Source: Actinomycetales bacterium (GTDB lineage: Bacteria > Actinomycetota > Actinomycetes > S36-B12). From it: DNA of 64,000 nucleotides. The notes beneath the pieces were generated by a model. That model was not told where the DNA came from. It saw only the letters and a program-made list of their open reading frames with translations, and did no database searches. The DNA lies in assembly GCA_018970025.1 (NCBI GenBank), contig JAGWXF010000015.1, positions 109-64,108 of the forward strand, given 5' to 3'. Below are positions 23,060 to 36,383 of this stretch, in pieces (within the stretch, counting starts at the first letter, position 1; every line of letters starts with the position of its first letter). Position numbers and translations under genes: made by a program.

Positions 23060-24376
23060 TCAATCGCCAGGCTCCGTCAGCTGACCGGTGCCGTCGACTG
23101 CCGGCCGGGCCATCGTCGTCAGCAGGTTCACGTGCAGGGCCGGGCCTGGGCAATAGTCGGACTCGGGACGTCCAGCCGGGCTGCCTTGCTCGATCGCATC
23201 CCGGTAGGCAGCGTCGGTCAGCCGCGCGATCCTCGGCCAGGCGTACTCCTCCTCGACCCGGCGCAGCCCGGCCCGAGCCCGGCGGCGGGCCGCCGTGCGA
23301 TCGACAAGCGCCTGCGTCAGGCAGGCGGCCAGGCCGCTGGCACTTCCCGGCTCGAAGAGCCAGCCCGTCTGGCCGTCCACGACCACCTCGGCCAGGCCAC
23401 CGGAGGCTGCCGCGACGACCGGCGTGCCCGCAGCAGCCGCCTCGATCGCGACGATGCCGAAGGGCTCGTAGATGGACGGCACCACGGCGACATCCGCCGC
23501 CGCGACCAGGGCATGCAGGGCCTGCTCCGGCAGCCATCCCTCGAAGGTCACCTGCCGGCCGAGGCGCCGTGACCTGACCTGGGCCACCAGGTCATCGCGA
23601 GCGCTGCCGCGTCCGGCGATCACCAGGTGCGCATCGGGGATGGCGCGCCGCACCCGTGGCATGGCATCGATGAGGGTGTGCACCCCCTTCTCCCACTCCA
23701 GGCGACCGGTGAAGACGATCAGCGGCCCGGCATGCCGCTGCCGGACCCGTCGCCGGCGGCCCGCCGAGACCTGCCATGCCGCCGGATCGACCCCATTGGG
23801 GATCACCCGGATGCGGTCGGGCGGCACGTCGAACAGGGCGGTGATCTCCCGGCGCATGTGCTCGCTGCAGGCGATGACCGTGCTCGCCTGGTTGGCGGCC
23901 CACCACTCCACGCCATGGATCGTCTGCGACAGCGAACTGGGGATCCAGCCCTGATGCCGGCCGGCCTCGGTCGCGTGCATGGTCAGCACGCTCACCGCGT
24001 CGGATGCGCGGGCGGCGTCGGATGCGCGGGCGGCGATGGCCAGGCTGCTGGCCACGAGCCAGTCATGCCCATGCACCACCTGCGGCGCCCACTGGCGGGC
24101 CAGGCTCACGAAGGCCCGCGCGACCGCGCTGTTGAAGCCGAGCACCCAGGCGATCAGGTGCTCGGCGTCCAGCGGGACGTAGGGGGCATCGCGTGGCACC
24201 CGGATGACCCGAACTCCGTTCACCCGGTGATCCTCGGCTCCCGATTGCCCTGCCTGCGTCAGGACGACCACGTCGTGGCCCTGCGCTGCCTGCGCCTCGG
24301 CGAGGGCATGGACGTGACGGCCCAGGCCTCCGTAGACGATCGGCGGGTACTCCCAGGACAGGTGCGCGATCCTCAT
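23060..24376 (-). CDS. GT4 glycosyltransferase, Rv3032-like alpha-1,4-glucosyltransferase
   Basis: MRIAHLSWEYPPIVYGGLGRHVHALAEAQAAQGHDVVVLTQ matches my recollection of the Rv3032 N-terminus. C-terminal EPFGIVAIEAAAAGTPVV is the GT4 motif. Confidence 0.88.
   Translation of the reverse strand: MRIAHLSWEYPPIVYGGLGRHVHALAEAQAAQGHDVVVLTQAGQSGAEDHRVNGVRVIRVPRDAPYVPLDAEHLIAWVLGFNSAVARAFVSLARQWAPQVVHGHDWLVASSLAIAARASDAARASDAVSVLTMHATEAGRHQGWIPSSLSQTIHGVEWWAANQASTVIACSEHMRREITALFDVPPDRIRVIPNGVDPAAWQVSAGRRRRVRQRHAGPLIVFTGRLEWEKGVHTLIDAMPRVRRAIPDAHLVIAGRGSARDDLVAQVRSRRLGRQVTFEGWLPEQALHALVAAADVAVVPSIYEPFGIVAIEAAAAGTPVVAAASGGLAEVVVDGQTGWLFEPGSASGLAACLTQALVDRTAARRRARAGLRRVEEEYAWPRIARLTDAAYRDAIEQGSPAGRPESDYCPGPALHVNLLTTMARPAVDGTGQLTEPGD
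23997..24032. repeat. Perfect 18-bp tandem duplication inside the GT4 gene
   Basis: GCGTCGGATGCGCGGGCG x2 read directly. In frame, encoding ARASDA-ARASDA. Confidence 0.9.
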
Positions 24377-24401
24377 CGCCAGCCCCGACCGCCGCGGCCC
24401 A

Positions 24402-25328
24402 CTAGGCCTTCACGCCGGTGACGCACACGTTGTAGAACAGCTCATCGGGCACGACCCTCGACAGGTACCGCTCATCGAGGGCCGTCAGGGTCATCCAGCC
24501 TCGGTAGGCGAACATGGCCCAGCCCCAGCCGAGGGCACCTGGCTTGACGGCGGCCTCGAAGGTGCGCACCGGCCAGCCGAACCAGGAGGCCGTCAGCTCC
24601 TCGGTCACCGTGCGCACGTCGATGGCGCCAGCCCGCATGCAGGTCGCGGCGAGCCGATCCGGGTCGAAGGTGTGCAGGTCGACCACTGCCTCCAGGGCGG
24701 CCGCCCGCGAGGACTCGGCCAGCGCAGCGGGTGCCTTCGCCCACCGCTCGCGCAACGGCGCCCACTGGGTCACCCGGGTGGCCGTCCACCAGGTCAGCCG
24801 CGACAGCCGGCGTGCGACATAGTCGCCATGCCTGGTCGGCTCCCCGGCGAAGACGAAGCGGCCCCCGGGCTGCAGCACCCGCAGCACCTCGCGCAGGGCA
24901 CGCTCGACATCGGGGATGTGATGCAGCACCGCATGCCCGACGACCAGGTCGAAGGAGGCGTCCGCGAACGGCAGGCTCTCGGCATCGGCGACCTCGGCAG
25001 TGACGTCCAGCCCGAGCGCGCGCCCATTGCGCGCCGCCACCTCGACCATGCCGCTGGAAATGTCGGTGAGCACCCCTGACCTCGCCACGCCGGCCTGCAT
25101 CAGGTTGAGCAGGAAGAACCCGGTGCCGCTGCCCAGTTCCAGCGCGCGGTCATAGGGCCAGCCGTCACCGCCGGCCACGTGCGTGAACCGATCGCGGGCG
25201 TAGTCGATACAGCGCTCGTCATACGAGATGTGCCACTTGTCGTCGTAGGTCGCGGCTTCCCAGTCGTGGTAGAGCACGTTCGCCAGCTTCGGGTCGTCCC
25301 AGGCAGCGGCGACCTGGTCATCGGTCAT
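24402..25328 (-). CDS. Class I SAM-dependent methyltransferase (Rv3037c/Rv3038c-like)
   Basis: ATG 25328 (MTDDQVAAAWDDPKLANVLYHDWEAATYDDKW). Motif I ELGSGTGFFLLNL. Confidence 0.85.
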   Translation of the reverse strand: MTDDQVAAAWDDPKLANVLYHDWEAATYDDKWHISYDERCIDYARDRFTHVAGGDGWPYDRALELGSGTGFFLLNLMQAGVARSGVLTDISSGMVEVAARNGRALGLDVTAEVADAESLPFADASFDLVVGHAVLHHIPDVERALREVLRVLQPGGRFVFAGEPTRHGDYVARRLSRLTWWTATRVTQWAPLRERWAKAPAALAESSRAAALEAVVDLHTFDPDRLAATCMRAGAIDVRTVTEELTASWFGWPVRTFEAAVKPGALGWGWAMFAYRGWMTLTALDERYLSRVVPDELFYNVCVTGVKA

Positions 25329-25359
25329 CGGTGCCTGACCAGCGCCCGGCCATCTGCCG

Positions 25360-26139
25360 TCATCGCCCGGTGAACTCCGCCTTGCCTGGGCCGTTCTCGA
25401 CGAACGACGCCATGCCGATCGCGCGGTCCTCGGTCGCGAACAGGGTTGCGAACAGCATCCGCTCCAGCTCCAGGCCGGTATCGAGATCGACATCCAGGCC
25501 GTTGTCGATGACCCGCTTGGCGCCGCGCATGGCGATCGCCGGGCCCCTGGCTAGCTGGGCGGCCCAGGCCATCGCCTCGCCGAGCACGTCGTCGGGTGCG
25601 ACCACCCGGTCGACCAGGCCGATCGCATGGGCCTCGTCGGCCCCGACGAACCGGCCGCTGAAGATGAGGTCCTTCGCCCGTGCCGGGCCCACCAGCCGGG
25701 GCAGCCGCTGGGTGCCCCCGGCTCCGGGCACCAGCCCGAGCAGGATCTCCGGCTGGCCCACGCGCGCGTTATCGCCGATGACGCGCAGGTCGCAGCACAT
25801 CGCCAGCTCCAGCCCTCCGCCGAGGGCGTACCCGGTGATGGCCGCAATGGTCGGCTGGGCGATCTGCGCCACGGCGGTGAAGCAGTCCTGCAGCTGCACC
25901 GATGCCTCGAGCATGGCCTGCAGGTCCATGCCCTGCATCTCCTTGATATCCGCGCCCGCCGCGAACACCTTGGGGCCTCCGGTGATGACGACCGCTCCGA
26001 CGTCGGCCCGGGCGCTGAGCTCGCGGGCCGCATCGCGCAGCTCGGCCTGGACCTGCGCCGAGAGCGCGTTCATCGGGGGGCGATCCATGGTCACCAGGCC
26101 CACGCCGCCCTGCACGTCGATCGCCACGTACTCAGCCAT
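25360..26139 (-). CDS. Enoyl-CoA hydratase/isomerase (crotonase family)
   Basis: FAAGADIKEM and ITGYALGGGLELAMCCD. Confidence 0.9.
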   Translation of the reverse strand: MAEYVAIDVQGGVGLVTMDRPPMNALSAQVQAELRDAARELSARADVGAVVITGGPKVFAAGADIKEMQGMDLQAMLEASVQLQDCFTAVAQIAQPTIAAITGYALGGGLELAMCCDLRVIGDNARVGQPEILLGLVPGAGGTQRLPRLVGPARAKDLIFSGRFVGADEAHAIGLVDRVVAPDDVLGEAMAWAAQLARGPAIAMRGAKRVIDNGLDVDLDTGLELERMLFATLFATEDRAIGMASFVENGPGKAEFTGR

Positions 26140-26225
26140 GCCGGACCTCCTGCTCGCGAGGATGGGACCGCCAGCCTAGTCCGGCCTCGTGGGAAGGCCC
26201 GCGATCTGCCTGTAGCGTCCGGCAG

Positions 26226-28376
<2,151 letters not shown>

Positions 28377-28394
28377 CGGTGCCCCACGCAGGGG

Positions 28395-30977
28395 TCAGCC
28401 GGCCAGGGGAGGTCCGGGCACGGCCTGCAGCCCGAGCTCCTGGGAGGCGGCGAGGTCCGCATGCGCCGGCAGGACCCGAACCGTGGTGCCGAAGGGCCCG
28501 CTGCGATCCAGGGTGACCTGGGCCTGGTACTGCCATCGGTCCCCCTCGTACCGCTGCATCGGCTGCATCGGCGATCGCGCAGGATGATCGAGGCGGTCGT
28601 CGGCGTCCACCCGGCCGTGCACCAGCTCGACGACCACATCCGCAGGGGCCAGGGAACCAAGTGCGACGAAGGCACGCACGGTGATAACCGTGCCCCGGGT
28701 GACGATGTCGCCGGCCCCGTCGACCTCGACATGCTCCACGCGCACCTGCGGCCAGGCGGCGCGTACCTGGGATGTCCAGGCCGCCAGTGCCCGGGCGCGG
28801 GCGTATCCGTCCGACTCCATGGCGCGATTGGAGCCGGCGGCCGGCAGGTAGAGCCGCTCCACGTACTCGCGCACCATGCGGCTGGCCAGCACCTTCGGGC
28901 CCAGGGTGCGCAGCGTGTGGCGAACCATCGCAATCCAGCGCCGTGGCAGGCCGTGCTCGTCATGCTCGTAGAAGGCGGGGACGACTGATGAGCCGATGAG
29001 GTCGTACAGCGCACTGGCCTCGAGGCTGTCGCGCAGGTCAGGGTCCTCGATGCCGTCGGCGGTGGCAATGGCCCAGCCGTTCTGGCCGTCGAACCACTCA
29101 TCCCACCAGCCATCCCGGATGGACAGGTTCAGCGCGCCGTTGAGGGCCGCCTTCATCCCGGATGTCCCGCTGGCCTCGAGCGGCCGGATGGGGTTGTTCA
29201 GCCAGACATCGCAGCCGGGGTACAGTACGGTCGCCATCGCCATGTCGTAGTTCGGCAGGAACGCGATCCGGTGCCGGACGTCGGCCTCGTCGGCGAATCG
29301 CACCAGCTCCTGGATGAGCCGCTTGCCACCATCGTCCGCCGGATGGGACTTGCCCGCGACGACGAGCTGCACCGGGTGCTGCTCGTCGAGGAGCAGTGCC
29401 CGCAGCCGGTCCCGGTCGCGCAGCATGAGGGTCAGTCGCTTGTAGGACGGCACCCGGCGCGCGAAGCCGATGGTGAGGATGCCCGAGTCGAGGACGGAGT
29501 CGATCCAGCCGAGCTGGGCGACACTGGCGCCTCGGTCGATCCACGAGGCGCGCAGCCGCTCGCGGGTCATCGTGACGAGCTCCTCGCGCAGCTGCCGCTT
29601 CACCTCCCACAGGCGGTCGTCGGGGGTATCGGCGATCGCCTCCCAGGCGAATGCCTCGTCGATCACCTCATCGCCCCCATGGGCGAGGTCCCGGACTGGC
29701 CGGGCCACCCAGGTGGGCGCGTGCACGCCATTGGTGATGGAGGTGATCGGGACGTCAGCCGGCTCGAAGCCCGCCCACAGGCCCGCGAACATCTCGCGCG
29801 AGACGTCGCCATGCAGCTGGCTCACGCCGTTGGCTCGCTGCGCCAGCCGCAGGCCCATCACGGCCATGTTGAACACGCTCGGGTCGCCGCCCGGGTAGTC
29901 CTCGGAGCCCAGCTCCAGGATGCGCTCGACCGGGACTCCGGCCTCGGCATTCTCGCCGCCGAAGTACTGGGCGATCAGCTCGCGCGGGAAGCGGTCGATG
30001 CCGGCCGGCACCGGGGTGTGGGTGGTGAAGACCGTCCCGGCACGCACCACGACGCGGGCCTGGTCGAAGTCCAGGCCCGTGCCTGACTGCACCAGCTCGC
30101 GGATCCGCTCCACGCCCAGGAATCCGGCATGGCCCTCGTTGGTGTGGTAAACCTCCGGCGCGGGGCGAGCGGTGATCCGGCAGTAGGCACGCAGGGCGCG
30201 GATGCCCCCGACCCCCAGGAGAAGCTCCTGCTGCAGCCGATGCTCGCCGCCACCGCCGTACAGGCGATCGGTGACCTCCCGCTCGGAGGGAGCGTTCTGC
30301 TCGACATCGGAGTCCAGGAGCAGCAGCGGGACGCGGCCGACCTGGGCAACCCAGACATGGGCCGCGATGACACGCCCGCCCGGGATCCCGACCGAGACCT
30401 TGACCGGTGCTCCGTCCGCCTCCCGCAGGAGCCCGACCGGGCTGCCATCCGGATCGATGACGGGGTAGTGCTCGAGCTGCCACCCGTCGTTCGTCAGCGA
30501 CTGCCGGAAGTAGCCGGCCCGGTAGAACAGGCCGATGCCGATGATCGGCACGCCGAGGTCGCTCGCTGTCTTGAGGTGGTCGCCGGCCAGGATGCCCAGG
30601 CCTCCGGAGTACTGCGGCAGCGCGGCCGTGATGCCGAACTCGGGCGAGAAGTAGGCGATCGCCCCGGGTGCCTGCGGACCCAGCCCGGCGTACCAGCGCT
30701 GCTCGCCGAGGTAGGCGCGCAGCTCGTCGGCGAGGTGCCGAACCCACGCGACGTACCCCTCGTCGGCGGCCAGGGCCTCCAGTCGCTCGCTGGAGACCTC
30801 GCCGAGCAGCCGGACGGGATCCTCGCCGCAGTCGCGCCACAACCGACCGTCGATGGCCGCGAAGACGTCGCGCGTGCGCGGATGCCAGGACCACCGCAGG
30901 TTGGTGGCGAGCTCCTGCAGCCCGAGGAGCGGTTCAGGGATGACCGTGCGGACGGTGAACCGGCGAATCGCTTTCAC
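28395..30977 (-). CDS. glgP: Alpha-glucan (maltodextrin/glycogen) phosphorylase
   Basis: 860 aa, GTG start. PLP-lysine context EASGTSGMKAALNG. Confidence 0.92.
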   Translation of the reverse strand: MKAIRRFTVRTVIPEPLLGLQELATNLRWSWHPRTRDVFAAIDGRLWRDCGEDPVRLLGEVSSERLEALAADEGYVAWVRHLADELRAYLGEQRWYAGLGPQAPGAIAYFSPEFGITAALPQYSGGLGILAGDHLKTASDLGVPIIGIGLFYRAGYFRQSLTNDGWQLEHYPVIDPDGSPVGLLREADGAPVKVSVGIPGGRVIAAHVWVAQVGRVPLLLLDSDVEQNAPSEREVTDRLYGGGGEHRLQQELLLGVGGIRALRAYCRITARPAPEVYHTNEGHAGFLGVERIRELVQSGTGLDFDQARVVVRAGTVFTTHTPVPAGIDRFPRELIAQYFGGENAEAGVPVERILELGSEDYPGGDPSVFNMAVMGLRLAQRANGVSQLHGDVSREMFAGLWAGFEPADVPITSITNGVHAPTWVARPVRDLAHGGDEVIDEAFAWEAIADTPDDRLWEVKRQLREELVTMTRERLRASWIDRGASVAQLGWIDSVLDSGILTIGFARRVPSYKRLTLMLRDRDRLRALLLDEQHPVQLVVAGKSHPADDGGKRLIQELVRFADEADVRHRIAFLPNYDMAMATVLYPGCDVWLNNPIRPLEASGTSGMKAALNGALNLSIRDGWWDEWFDGQNGWAIATADGIEDPDLRDSLEASALYDLIGSSVVPAFYEHDEHGLPRRWIAMVRHTLRTLGPKVLASRMVREYVERLYLPAAGSNRAMESDGYARARALAAWTSQVRAAWPQVRVEHVEVDGAGDIVTRGTVITVRAFVALGSLAPADVVVELVHGRVDADDRLDHPARSPMQPMQRYEGDRWQYQAQVTLDRSGPFGTTVRVLPAHADLAASQELGLQAVPGPPLAG

Positions 30978-31130
30978 GTGGTTACCGTAGCCTGCCTGAC
31001 AGCGATTTCACGCCGATCTGGCTGATTTTCGACACGTTTGAGTCTGTTCCTTTCACATCACGCAAGTTCTTTCAAACAGGCCCCGAGCATCCCCGGTACG
31101 GCACGGGAATCCGGCTACTGTTGCCGAATC

Positions 31131-33143
31131 ATGGCCTCGGACCCGGACGCTCCCCCCGCCTCGCTTGCCCTGCCTGTGGAACTCAGCGGGCGCTGGGCGA
31201 TCACGGACGTGTCGCCGTCCGTCCTCGGCGGACGCCGTCCCGCCGCTGCCGTCGTCGGTGAATGCGTACCAGTTCGGGCGACCTGCTTCCGGGAGGGCCA
31301 CGATGCTCTCGGGGCGCATGCCGTCCTGCGGGACCCGCACGGCCAGGTGCGCTCGCGGACCAGGATGCGGCCGACAGGCGACGGCCTTGATGGGTGGCGG
31401 GGCTCCATCCGGCCCGATGCCATGGGCGACTGGACCTTCGAGATCGAGGCCTGGGGTGATCCATGGGGCACCTGGGCACACCGCGCAGCCATCAAGATCC
31501 CAGCCGGGGTCGACGTCGAGCTCGAGCTGCTCGAGGGGTCACTGCTCCTGCATCGAGCGGCCGACGAGCTGCCGGCCGAGTGCCGGGTCGAACGCGAGCA
31601 CCTGCTGGTCGCCGGGCGCACGATGCGATCCGGTGCCCTGCCGGTGCCGGTGCGATTCGCCGCGAGCACCGACCCCCAGGTCGTGCGCATCCTGGACACG
31701 TACCCCATCCGAGAGCAGGTCACCCGCAGCGGCCCCTGGCCCCTGCGGGTGCAGCGGCGCCGCGCCCTCGTGGGCGCCTGGTACGAGATGTTCCCCCGGA
31801 GCGAGGGCGCCGTTGCCGATCCACCGAAGTCCGGGACCTTCGCAGCGGCGGCCAGTCGGCTCCCGGGCATTGCGGCCATGGGCTTCGACGTGGTGTACGT
31901 CCCGCCGATCCACCCCATCGGCCGGATCAACCGCAAGGGGCCGAACAACACGCTGACTCCCGGCCCGGGCGATCCCGGCTCGCCCTGGGCGGTCGGTGCC
32001 AGCGCGGGCGGTCACGATGCCGTGCATCCCGACCTCGGCACGATCGACGACTTCGACGCATTCGTCCGGCGGCTGGGCGAGCTCGGCATGGAGATCGCAC
32101 TGGACCTCGCCCTGCAGGCTGCCCCGGACCATCCGTGGGTGACGGCCCACCCGGAGTGGTTCACCACGCGCGCGAACGGCTCGATCGCCTACGCCGAGAA
32201 CCCGCCCAAGAAGTACCAGGACATCTACCCGCTGAACTTCGACAATGACCCCGAGGGCCTGTACGCGGAGATCGAGCGGGTCGTGCGCTTGTGGGTCGGA
32301 CGCGGGGTGCGCATCTTCCGCGTCGACAATCCGCACACCAAGCCGCTGTGGCTGTGGGACCGCCTGTTCGCGTCGATCCATGCCACCGATCCCGACGTGC
32401 TCTTCCTTGCCGAGGCCTTCACCCGCCCGCCGATGATGCGAGCCCTGGCCGAGGTCGGCTTCCAGCAGAGCTACACGTACTTCACCTGGCGCAACTCCCG
32501 CGAGGAGCTCGAGGACTACCTGCGCGACCTTGTCGGCCCGTTCGCCGCGTACATGCGCCCGAACCTGTTCGCCAGCACCCCGGACATCCTGCCTGCGTTC
32601 CTCCAGCACGGCGGGCCTGCGGCCTTCGCCATCCGGGCCGTCCTGGCAGCGACCATGTCCCCCACCTACGGGATCTACAGCGGCTACGAGCTGTACGAGC
32701 ACGTCTCCGTGCGTCCGGGCAGCGAGGAGTACCTCGACAGCGAGAAGTACCAGTATCGGCCGCGCGACTGGGCGGCCCACGAGGCCAGCGGCCTGACCCT
32801 CGCCCCGCTGCTGACCCGGCTCAACGCCGCCCGGCGGGCGCACCCGGCCCTGCAGGATCTGCGGTCCCTGCGGTTCCACGGCAGCGACAATCCCAATGTC
32901 ATCGCCTACTCCAAGCAGGACGGGGATGACATCGTCCTGGTGGCCTGCAGCCTGGATCCGTATCGCGAGCAGGAGGCGACGATCTGGTGGGACATGCCGG
33001 CCCTGGGCATGTCCGAGGACACTCGCTTCGTCGCCCACGACGAGCTCACCGGACGCGACTGGACCTGGTCGCACGGCACGTACGTTCGGCTCAGCCCGAC
33101 CGACCAGGTTGCCCATGTCGTCGCCGTCGTCGCCGACCGCTGA
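31131..33143 (+). CDS. glgE: Alpha-1,4-glucan:maltose-1-phosphate maltosyltransferase
   Basis: [16 protein letters not shown] and [13 protein letters not shown] 31131 (MASDPDAPP) chosen within the longer ORF. Confidence 0.92.
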   Translation: MASDPDAPPASLALPVELSGRWAITDVSPSVLGGRRPAAAVVGECVPVRATCFREGHDALGAHAVLRDPHGQVRSRTRMRPTGDGLDGWRGSIRPDAMGDWTFEIEAWGDPWGTWAHRAAIKIPAGVDVELELLEGSLLLHRAADELPAECRVEREHLLVAGRTMRSGALPVPVRFAASTDPQVVRILDTYPIREQVTRSGPWPLRVQRRRALVGAWYEMFPRSEGAVADPPKSGTFAAAASRLPGIAAMGFDVVYVPPIHPIGRINRKGPNNTLTPGPGDPGSPWAVGASAGGHDAVHPDLGTIDDFDAFVRRLGELGMEIALDLALQAAPDHPWVTAHPEWFTTRANGSIAYAENPPKKYQDIYPLNFDNDPEGLYAEIERVVRLWVGRGVRIFRVDNPHTKPLWLWDRLFASIHATDPDVLFLAEAFTRPPMMRALAEVGFQQSYTYFTWRNSREELEDYLRDLVGPFAAYMRPNLFASTPDILPAFLQHGGPAAFAIRAVLAATMSPTYGIYSGYELYEHVSVRPGSEEYLDSEKYQYRPRDWAAHEASGLTLAPLLTRLNAARRAHPALQDLRSLRFHGSDNPNVIAYSKQDGDDIVLVACSLDPYREQEATIWWDMPALGMSEDTRFVAHDELTGRDWTWSHGTYVRLSPTDQVAHVVAVVADR

Positions 33144-33165
33144 TCCCAACGCCCAAGGGAGGGCC

Positions 33166-35364
33166 ATGCCCCACGAGCGCACCCAGCCGGGCCTCGCAGC
33201 GCCGATCGCGACTGCCGAGCTCAGCCGCCTGGTGGACGGCTGGCACTATGACCCGCACGCGATCCTGGGCCCCCATGCCCATGAGGGGGCCGTCACCATC
33301 AGGGTCCTGCGTCCGGGCGCTGACCGCGTCACGGTGGTCACCGCGCAGGACCGCATCGAGATGCAGCACGAGTTCCGGGGTATCTGGTCCGCTGTCCTGG
33401 ACCGGCCGGACGTCCCGGGATACGCCATCGACGTCGAGTTCGACGGCAACGTCATTCCCGGGGACGACCCGTACCGGTTCCTGCCCACGCTCGGCGAGGT
33501 CGATCTCCACCTGATCGGCGAGGGCCGACATGAGCAGCTCTGGCAGGTGCTCGGCGCCCATGTGCGGTCGTACCCGTCGCCATTCGGCGACATCATCGGC
33601 GTCTCCTTCGCCGTCTGGGCGCCCAACGCCCAGGGGGTGCGCGTGGTGGGCGACTTCAACTTCTGGGATGGCACGGCCCATCCGATGCGATCACTGGGCT
33701 CATCCGGCGTGTGGGAGCTCTTCGTGCCCGGCATCGGCGATGGCACCACCTACAAGTTCGCCATCCTCGGCACGGACGGCACCTGGCGGGAGAAGGCCGA
33801 CCCGATGGCGTTCGCGACGGAGGTCCCGCCGGCCTCCGGGTCGCGAGTGTTCACCTCCGGCTATGCCTGGCAGGACGCCGAGTGGATGCGCAACCGTGCC
33901 CTGTGGCATCAGCACCAGTCGCCGATGAGCATCTATGAGGTGCACCTGGGCTCCTGGCGAGGAGGCCTGGGCTATCGCGACGTTGCGGCGCAGCTGGTTG
34001 AGCATGTCACCGCGTGCGGCTTCACCCACGTGGAGTTCCTTCCGCTGGCCGAGCACCCCTATGGCCCGTCCTGGGGCTACCACGTCACCTCGTACTTCGC
34101 CCCGAGCTCCCGCTTCGGCTCACCCGACGACCTGCGCTACCTGATCGACGCCCTGCACCAGGCCGGGATCGGGGTCATCGTCGACTGGGTCCCCGCCCAC
34201 TTCGCCACCGACGACTGGGCACTGGTGCAGTTCGACGGCACCGCGCTGTACGAGCATCCTGATCCACGGCGAGGCGAGCACCCGGACTGGGGCTCCTACA
34301 TCTTCGACTACGGCCGCACGGAGGTCCGCAACTTCCTGGTCGCCAATGCCGTCTACTGGCTGGAGGAATTCCACGTCGATGGCCTTCGGGTCGACGGGGT
34401 CGCCTCGATGCTCTACCTGGACTACTCGCGCAAGGAAGGCGAATGGCTGCCCAATGAGTTCGGCGGCCGGGAGAACCTGCAGGCCGTCGCCTTCCTGCAG
34501 GAGATGAACGCGACGGTGTACAAGCGCGTGCCCGGCATCGTGACGATCGCCGAGGAGTCGACCTCGTGGCCCGGCGTGACCCGGCCGACCTTCCTGGGCG
34601 GCCTCGGCTTCGGCTTCAAGTGGAACATGGGCTGGATGCACGACACCCTCGCCTACCTGGGCCGGGACCCGATCCACCGGCAGTACCACCACAACGAGAT
34701 GTCGTTCGCGATGATGTACGCCTACAGCGAGCACTTCGTGCTGCCGATCTCGCATGACGAGGTCGTCCACGGCAAGGGCTCGCTCATCGGCAAGATGCCC
34801 GGGGATCGATGGCAGCAGCTGGCGAACCTGCGCGCCTACCTCGGCTTCATGTGGGCGCACCCGGGCAAGAAGCTGCTGTTCATGGGCTCGGAGTTCGCCC
34901 AGTCGGCCGAGTGGAACAGCCAGTCGAGCCTGGACTGGTGGCTGGCCCAGTACCCCGAGCACCGTGGGATCCAGCGCACGGTCGCCGACCTGAACCGGCT
35001 GTATCGGGCGACTCCCGCGCTGTGGCAGCTGGACGACGAGCCCGCGGGGTTCGAGTGGATCGACGCCAACGACTCGACCTCGAACGCGTTCACATGGCTG
35101 CGGTGGGACCAGGCAGGCAACTGCATGGCCGTCGCCGTGAACATGTCCCCCACGCCGCGCGAGGGCTACCGCATCGGCCTGCCCTTCGCCGGCACCTGGC
35201 ACGAGGCCCTCAACACCGATGCGGCGCCCTACGGGGGCAGCGGGATGGGGAACCTGGGCTCCGTGCAGGCGCGTCCTGACGCCTGGCACGGCCGGCCGGC
35301 ATCGGCGGCCATCGTGCTGCCGCCCCTGGCCGCGGTCTACCTGTACTTCCAGCGCAGCCGCTAG
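33166..35364 (+). CDS. glgB: 1,4-alpha-glucan branching enzyme
   Basis: ATG 33166 preceded by AAGGGAGGG. Motifs [42 protein letters not shown]. Confidence 0.95.
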   Translation: MPHERTQPGLAAPIATAELSRLVDGWHYDPHAILGPHAHEGAVTIRVLRPGADRVTVVTAQDRIEMQHEFRGIWSAVLDRPDVPGYAIDVEFDGNVIPGDDPYRFLPTLGEVDLHLIGEGRHEQLWQVLGAHVRSYPSPFGDIIGVSFAVWAPNAQGVRVVGDFNFWDGTAHPMRSLGSSGVWELFVPGIGDGTTYKFAILGTDGTWREKADPMAFATEVPPASGSRVFTSGYAWQDAEWMRNRALWHQHQSPMSIYEVHLGSWRGGLGYRDVAAQLVEHVTACGFTHVEFLPLAEHPYGPSWGYHVTSYFAPSSRFGSPDDLRYLIDALHQAGIGVIVDWVPAHFATDDWALVQFDGTALYEHPDPRRGEHPDWGSYIFDYGRTEVRNFLVANAVYWLEEFHVDGLRVDGVASMLYLDYSRKEGEWLPNEFGGRENLQAVAFLQEMNATVYKRVPGIVTIAEESTSWPGVTRPTFLGGLGFGFKWNMGWMHDTLAYLGRDPIHRQYHHNEMSFAMMYAYSEHFVLPISHDEVVHGKGSLIGKMPGDRWQQLANLRAYLGFMWAHPGKKLLFMGSEFAQSAEWNSQSSLDWWLAQYPEHRGIQRTVADLNRLYRATPALWQLDDEPAGFEWIDANDSTSNAFTWLRWDQAGNCMAVAVNMSPTPREGYRIGLPFAGTWHEALNTDAAPYGGSGMGNLGSVQARPDAWHGRPASAAIVLPPLAAVYLYFQRSR

Positions 35365-35390
35365 CGACCGGTGCGGCGCCGGCGCGCTCG

Positions 35391-36317
35391 GTGAAGCACA
35401 ATGGTCCCGTGAGCCAGATGCCATTCCGCGGGGCCGTCGACCTCGGAGCCCTCGCGTCCGCCAAGCAGAGCCAGCAGCAGGCTGCCGTTGCCAGGGCCAA
35501 CGCCCCTGCGGGGGTCATCATCGATGTCACCGAGGCCTCCTTCCAAGCCGAGGTCATCGACCGGTCCATGACCGTTCCGGTCGTGCTGGACCTGTGGGCG
35601 ACCTGGTGCGGGCCCTGCAAGCAGCTCTCGCCCATCCTGGAGAAGCTGGCTGCGGAGGACGCCGGGCGCTGGGTGCTGGCGAAGGTCGATGTCGATGCCG
35701 AGCAGCGCATTGCGGCTGCCTTCCAGGTGCAGTCCATCCCCTCGGTCTTCGCCGTGATCAAGGGCCAGCCGGTCCCGCTCTTCCAGGGCGCCTATCCGGA
35801 GGCGCAGATCCGGCAGATCCTCGACGAGCTGATGAAGGTCGCGGCGCAGCAGGGGCTCACCGGCCAGGTGGGGGCTCCGGCCGAAGAGCCCGACACCCCC
35901 GCGGTCGAGCCCCCCGTCGACCCACGCTTCGTCGCCGCCTTCGAGGCCATCGAGGCCGGCGACTGGCCTGCGGCGGAGCGCGCGTACCGACAGGTGCTGG
36001 ACGCCTCGCCAGCGGATGCCGATGCCCAGGCGGGCCTGGCGATGGTCGGGCTGTACCAGCGCACCGACGGCCGTCCCGTGCCGGACCTCGGCCCCGGCGA
36101 GCCGAGCGACGTCGCGACCCAGATCGATGCAGCGGACTTCGAGGCCCTCCAAGGAAACTGGGCCGGGGCCTTCGCCCGGCTCATCGCCTGCGTTCGCGCC
36201 ACCAGCGGATCCGATCGCGACCTGGCCCGGGCCCGGCTGCTGGAGCTGTTCATGGTTGCCGGCGACGACCCGGCAGTGCCCCCGGCGCGCACGGCCCTGG
36301 CCAGCGCACTGTTCTAG
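35391..36317 (+). CDS. Thioredoxin-domain protein with TPR-like C-terminus (YbbN/CnoX-like)
   Basis: WATWCGPCK motif followed by a helical repeat region. Start uncertain: GTG 35391 or ATG 35418. Confidence 0.8.
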   Translation: MKHNGPVSQMPFRGAVDLGALASAKQSQQQAAVARANAPAGVIIDVTEASFQAEVIDRSMTVPVVLDLWATWCGPCKQLSPILEKLAAEDAGRWVLAKVDVDAEQRIAAAFQVQSIPSVFAVIKGQPVPLFQGAYPEAQIRQILDELMKVAAQQGLTGQVGAPAEEPDTPAVEPPVDPRFVAAFEAIEAGDWPAAERAYRQVLDASPADADAQAGLAMVGLYQRTDGRPVPDLGPGEPSDVATQIDAADFEALQGNWAGAFARLIACVRATSGSDRDLARARLLELFMVAGDDPAVPPARTALASALF

Positions 36318-36383
36318 CCATCCGCCACCCGGCATTCGGCGGGGCGCCCAACGCGAGGCAGGGGTCACAGGCAACAATGTGCC

